Source of the DNA: Corynebacterium amycolatum
Lineage (GTDB): Bacteria; Actinomycetota; Actinomycetes; Mycobacteriales; Mycobacteriaceae
Length of the DNA: 32,000 nt
NCBI RefSeq assembly: GCF_049243625.1
Contig: NZ_CP046975.1
Direction: 5' to 3' (one strand)
Both the position numbers and the translations under genes were made by a program. This document shows, piece by piece, positions 24,373 through 32,000 of this stretch. Below the pieces are notes generated by a model. It saw only the letters and a list, made by a program, of their open reading frames with translations, was not told the DNA's origin and did not search any database. Each line of letters starts with the position of its first letter. Position 1 is the first letter of the stretch.

Positions 24373-25427
24373 AGCCGTCCCTTCTTCAAAACGACGTAGA
24401 GGAAGATCGAACCGCCAACCAGCTCGATAATGATGGACACCACGCCCTGAGCATAGAAAACGTGATTGAGAATGAAATACGCACCGGCCAACGTGACGTA
24501 GCCGATCAGCCCCGCCATCGGCAGTACAAAGCGATGGTCATAGGTATCCGCAGCCTGGTACGCAATGGTCGCGACCAGGAAGCCGAGGAATGTCATCGGG
24601 CCGACCATAGCCGTCGATACTGCCATTAGCACCGACACCGCAACCAGCACGGTGATGGACCGAACCTGGTAATTCACGCCCAGATTCGTCGCAACCTCAC
24701 GGCCTAGCGACATGACATTCAGCGCCCGCGAATGCAGCGCGATTACAACGATTGCCGCTATCACTAGCGGAATTGCCACTGGGAAAAACTCCGGATCAGC
24801 GTTGTTGACCGAGCCGAACAACCGCGCCGTCAGCAGGTCAAAGTCCGAAGGCGTCAGCATGCGCTGCATGAACGTCGATACCGAGGCCATCCCGCCACCG
24901 ATGACAATGCCCACAAGCAGCATGCTGTGCATATCCGCGCTCTTCCCAGTCAGCAGCCACGCGTACAGCACCAGCGACAGCCCCACCATCAGCGTAAGCT
25001 GCAGGACAAACGCCCCAACCGAGCCGGCATTCATCAGACCCGTCGCGCCGAGGAAGTAGACCGCGGCGGTACTGATAGCCACGTACAGCGCTTCAAATCC
25101 CATAATCGACGGCGTAATAATTCGGTTATTCGCAATCGACTGGAACGCAACCGTCGCAATTGCATGACAGCAGGCAACCACAATCATGGCAATCACGGCA
25201 TCAAGACGACGACGCGCAATCAGCCAAAAGCCCTCCGTGCCGAACGGCAACGGGTTGTCCCATGTGAGCAGACCCGCGGTAAACAACGTCGCCAAGCCCA
25301 CCAGCACAGCAATGATAATCCAGTACCTGCGCGCCGCGGCGCCCGTGCTAAACGACGTCGTTTGCGGCCCAACCTGGTTGGCCATCGTGTGAGTTGAACT
25401 GAGATTAAGCACGACGCCGCTCCACAA
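24369..25427 (-). CDS. FecCD-family iron-chelate ABC permease
   Basis: The protein is polytopic and hydrophobic, with FecCD-like segments (LLVGIVIGGGMASVSTFMQ, LGREVATNLGVNY). The start is uncertain: either the TTG at 25427, which overlaps the upstream gene, or the ATG at 25385. Confidence 0.8.
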   Translation of the reverse strand: MWSGVVLNLSSTHTMANQVGPQTTSFSTGAAARRYWIIIAVLVGLATLFTAGLLTWDNPLPFGTEGFWLIARRRLDAVIAMIVVACCHAIATVAFQSIANNRIITPSIMGFEALYVAISTAAVYFLGATGLMNAGSVGAFVLQLTLMVGLSLVLYAWLLTGKSADMHSMLLVGIVIGGGMASVSTFMQRMLTPSDFDLLTARLFGSVNNADPEFFPVAIPLVIAAIVVIALHSRALNVMSLGREVATNLGVNYQVRSITVLVAVSVLMAVSTAMVGPMTFLGFLVATIAYQAADTYDHRFVLPMAGLIGYVTLAGAYFILNHVFYAQGVVSIIIELVGGSIFLYVVLKKGRL

Positions 25428-26352
25428 TCAGATAGACGAAAATGGCAGCACCCAGGATGCCGAGAATCACCGATACCGGAATCTCGAAGGGGGCGATAAT
25501 GACGCGGCCAATTATGTCCGCGATCGTCACGATGGCAATGCCCACCAGGCACACCCATGGCAAATTGGAACGCAGGTCATCACCACGAAACATGGAGACG
25601 ATGTTCGGGACGACGAGGCCCAGGAAGGGTAAATTGCCCACCACGACTGTGACCAGGCCTGTTGCAATCGCGATTAGTCCCGTACCCAGGAACACGATTC
25701 GCTTGTAGTTCAGTCCAACGTTGGTCGCGATATCCTCACCAAGGCCTGCTACCGTCAGCCGATCGCTGAATACGAAGACGATTGCGACCACAATGACGAC
25801 CAGCCACAGGAATTCGTACTGCCCTTTATAAATATCAGTGAAGGAGCCTGCAAACCACACGCCCAGCGACTGCAGCATGTCTGTCTGCAACGCAAAGAAA
25901 GTCGAAATCGAACTGACTACCGCGCCCAGCATGATACCCACGATGGGTACGACCAGGCTCGACTTCAACGTCACTCGGCGCAAGAACAGGAAGAACACTG
26001 CCGTGCCGATGAAAGCGAAGATAATCGCGCCGCTCATCCGGCCGAGCAACGACGCTGAGGGGAAGAAATACATCACGAAGATCAGGCCAAGCCCAGCCCA
26101 TTCCGTGGTTCCCGTCGTGGTGGGTTCGACGAACTTGTTGTGTGTAAGCAGCTGCATGACCAGGCCGCACATCGCCATCGCGGCACCCGAGAGCACTAGC
26201 GCAATGGTGCGCGGAATACGCGTGGTAGCGAACATCTGCCAGCCGTCGTCGGCGCCCAGGATGTCGTATTGGCCTACAAACAGCGACATAGCCACCAGGA
26301 CTGCCACAACGGCAATCCCAATGGCTAATCGGGGTTCCAGTAACTTCTGCAT
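25405..26352 (-). CDS. FecCD-family iron-chelate ABC permease
   Basis: The protein is polytopic and carries the FecCD signature region (TVAGLGEDIATNVGLNYKRIVFLGTGLIAIATG). Confidence 0.85.
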   Translation of the reverse strand: MQKLLEPRLAIGIAVVAVLVAMSLFVGQYDILGADDGWQMFATTRIPRTIALVLSGAAMAMCGLVMQLLTHNKFVEPTTTGTTEWAGLGLIFVMYFFPSASLLGRMSGAIIFAFIGTAVFFLFLRRVTLKSSLVVPIVGIMLGAVVSSISTFFALQTDMLQSLGVWFAGSFTDIYKGQYEFLWLVVIVVAIVFVFSDRLTVAGLGEDIATNVGLNYKRIVFLGTGLIAIATGLVTVVVGNLPFLGLVVPNIVSMFRGDDLRSNLPWVCLVGIAIVTIADIIGRVIIAPFEIPVSVILGILGAAIFVYLIVERRRA

Positions 26353-26391
26353 AGAGTTGGTGAGGTACTCCTGTGACTGGCCAGAGAACTA

Positions 26392-27399
26392 TTAGGCCTG
26401 CTCGAAGGCGTCGGCAAGCTCGTTCAAAATCTCCGTGTACGTGATGATGGACTCGTTGGTGTAAGTGTCCTCTGGGGCGTAGTAGATCTTGCCCTCCTTG
26501 ACGGCCTTCACGTTCTTCAGCGGAGCAGCTTCCTCGACCACAGACTGCGCCGAACGGTACTCATCGGTACCGCGCACCGAGGTGCCAGCATCGCGGTCGA
26601 GAACCATGATGAAATCCGGGTTCGCCTTAGCGATGGACTCGGCGGAAATCTCATCACCCTGGTGATCATCGCTGGCCTTGTCGACCTCCAGTGCCGGCTT
26701 CATGCCAATCAGATCAAACAGCGGGCCGAAGGTGCGACCAACAGTCGGAGCAATGTAGCCGAGCGTGCCTCCCGACGAGTTCAGCGCCATAACCTTCACG
26801 TCCGGGTTGTAGGCCTTGCGAGCGCGCTCCAGAGCTTTGTCGAAGTCCGCGATGAGTTGATCGGCTTCCTTCTCCTTACCGAAGATGGTGCCAAGCCCCT
26901 CGGCGTGACGCTTGAGCTCCTCATCCAGCGACTTGCCCTCGCGCGGCTCGAAGTCCACGATGGCGGAGTTCGGAGCGAGCTTCTTCAGGTCGTCGTAGTA
27001 CTTGTCAAAACGCTGACCGTTGACGATCAAGTCCGGGTCCGCAGCTGCAACGATCTCGAGGTTCGGCTCGCGGTGATTACCGATGTCCTGAACGTCAGGA
27101 TTGTCCTTGTAGTCGGAAACCGTAAACGGGATAATCGGCTTCGGAGCTGCAGCCAGCTTAATACCCCACTGATCGAGCATCTCGAAGGAGCGGTTATCCG
27201 TTGCCACAACAGAGTCAATTTCGGCCGGTACGGTCTGCTCACCGTGATTGTCAGTAACGGTAACGGTGGATTTGTTGCCTGCAGCTGCAGACTTATCCTC
27301 GTTACCGGCATCAGTAGAACATGCACCAAGTACAAGCCCCAGGCTCGAAACAGATGCGACTACGATATTGCGAATACGGCCGGAGTTAGAACGCGCCAC
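26392..27399 (-). CDS. Siderophore/iron-chelate substrate-binding lipoprotein
   Basis: The signal peptide has a lipobox (LVLGAC). It shows a class III periplasmic-binding-protein pattern and is the first gene of the ABC operon. It uses a GTG start with a GAAGGGA Shine-Dalgarno upstream. Confidence 0.85.
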   Translation of the reverse strand: MARSNSGRIRNIVVASVSSLGLVLGACSTDAGNEDKSAAAGNKSTVTVTDNHGEQTVPAEIDSVVATDNRSFEMLDQWGIKLAAAPKPIIPFTVSDYKDNPDVQDIGNHREPNLEIVAAADPDLIVNGQRFDKYYDDLKKLAPNSAIVDFEPREGKSLDEELKRHAEGLGTIFGKEKEADQLIADFDKALERARKAYNPDVKVMALNSSGGTLGYIAPTVGRTFGPLFDLIGMKPALEVDKASDDHQGDEISAESIAKANPDFIMVLDRDAGTSVRGTDEYRSAQSVVEEAAPLKNVKAVKEGKIYYAPEDTYTNESIITYTEILNELADAFEQA

Positions 27400-27472
27400 T
27401 TAAAGGCATCCCTTCGGTCACAGTAGGATTGTTAAACATGCGTCCGGTGGACGCGGTTACCCAATCACTAAC

Positions 27473-27491
27473 TTAGGTAATCATTACCTGG
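27473..27491. promoter_or_regulatory. Candidate DtxR/IdeR-type iron box (TTAGGTAATCATTACCTGG)
   Basis: It contains a perfect 7+7 palindrome, AGGTAAT-C-ATTACCT. By my hand alignment it matches the DtxR consensus TTAGGTTAGCCTAACCTAA at 13 of 19 positions. It lies 74-92 nt upstream of the siderophore operon start. Confidence 0.5.
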
Positions 27492-27497
27492 CAAACA

Positions 27498-27516
27498 TTA
27501 GCTTAGGGTTCCCTAT
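27498..27516. promoter_or_regulatory. Second, weaker DtxR-like box (TTAGCTTAGGGTTCCCTAT)
   Basis: It matches the same consensus at 13 of 19 positions by hand alignment. It lies 6 nt from the first box and is less palindromic. Confidence 0.3.
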
Positions 27517-28225
27517 TTAACAAATAAATACGTTATGAATTTGCGCAATATTTAGGGCAGGGTTCTTCCAATCGTTTAGTATTGGCTAATTTATACAGGT
27601 ACTGGCCTGTTTGCAGCGATCGATAACGGGGATAACTGGCGCGCTATCGAAGGTAACCTGTGCGCTGTCGAAGCATGTTTGGACCGAGTTGGACGTAGTT
27701 GCGAATGCGTTTGTGGGTTTTGCGTGTGAACTGGGGCTGTAATTGTGATGGACGGATTGTGCACGCGATTGGAGGCCATACTTGTGAACGCGGGCAGCAT
27801 GCGTGGATACGGGCTGCAAATCTGAAACTGTGCAACTTTATGACACTTTCAAGCCATTTTTCGCCCCATTTCTGTCATAAACGCAGTCAGTAACTTCGAT
27901 TAGCCTTCAGCCGCCGCCATAAACGCACTCACTAGCCCCGCATCGACCCGCCCCTGACAGCCACAAAGGCAGTCAGTAACTCGCATTGGGATAAGCAGCG
28001 AAAGGCGCCAACCAGGCGATTCGCTGAGCGGACACGCTTGTGCCCATTCGCCCGGATACCCCTTACCCTTTAGTTCCTGAGAGACCGGCAAGTACGGCTT
28101 CCGCCGCCGACCGGACCAACCCTTGTTTAATGTTGTTTACTTGTGGGTAAAACAAAAGCGGGCCGCAGCCACCACCCCACAACAACAAAGGGGAGCAACC
28201 ACGACCCACAAACAAAAAATATTCA

Positions 28226-28342
28226 TGCCGGCGGCGACCTACTCTCCCACACCCTCCCGAGTGCAGTACCATCGGCGCTGGTGGACTTAGCTTCCGGGTT
28301 CGGAATGGGACCGGGCGTGACCCCACCGCTAACACCACCGAC
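28226..28342 (-). rRNA. rrf: 5S rRNA
   Basis: The reverse complement reads GTCGGTGGTGTTAGCGGTGGGGTCACGCCCGGTCCCATTCCGAACCCGGAAGCTAAGTCCACCAGCGCCGATGGTACTGCACTCGGGAGGGTGTGGGAGAGTAGGTCGCCGCCGGCA. This is a canonical actinobacterial 5S sequence. The ends are accurate to about 3 nt. Confidence 0.93.
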
Positions 28343-28449
28343 AAAAACCAGGCAACAACCAACCCCACCACAAAACTTCGGGTGGGTGGTGTCATGCCAG
28401 ACACTGAACAGTAGACGCGAGCAAAAACCCTAATTTTTCACACTCTCTT

Positions 28450-32000
<3,551 letters not shown>

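Noticed and set aside
26662-27426. 254-aa + strand ORF opposite the siderophore-binding lipoprotein gene
   Set aside because: It is antisense to a gene with a lipobox signal peptide and operon context, and it has no motifs.

Overview
This looks like a high-GC actinobacterial chromosome segment of the Corynebacterium/Mycobacteriales type, judged from gene order and rRNA sequence. About 14097..27400 is a conserved core block, entirely on the minus strand. It runs: siderophore ABC uptake operon, RNase HI-fusion protein, RG-rich TPR protein, HAD phosphatase, small Pro-rich protein, tlyA, nadK, recN, steA and an mctB/steB-like gene. Positions 28226..32000 hold the 3' part of a minus-strand rRNA operon: partial 16S, ITS, 23S and 5S. 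The left 14 kb is accessory DNA made of two modules with different base composition. Module A (1..10615, + strand, intermediate GC) is a tightly packed three-gene operon. It encodes a gamma-type N6-adenine DNA methyltransferase (5' end outside the window), a 2117-aa fusion protein, and a 781-aa UvrD-like SF1 helicase. The fusion protein has a split DEAH helicase, a DUF1998-type Cys-rich domain and a DUF559/Vsr-like endonuclease motif. The helicase carries a RelE/ParE-like N-terminal module. Module A resembles DISARM or Druantia, but the architecture is not canonical. Module B (11092..14081, minus strand, clearly AT-richer) is a two-gene cassette. It encodes a complete C5-cytosine methyltransferase and then an ABC-type ATPase fused to a Toprim/OLD-like (DUF4435-like) C-terminus. 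Module B is a candidate unconventional restriction or PARIS/Gabija-like module. Both modules sit where Mycobacteriales normally have pyrG directly after mctB. No CRISPR array, tRNA, transposase or integrase was recognised. All homology calls come from motifs read by eye in the supplied translations. No database search was possible.
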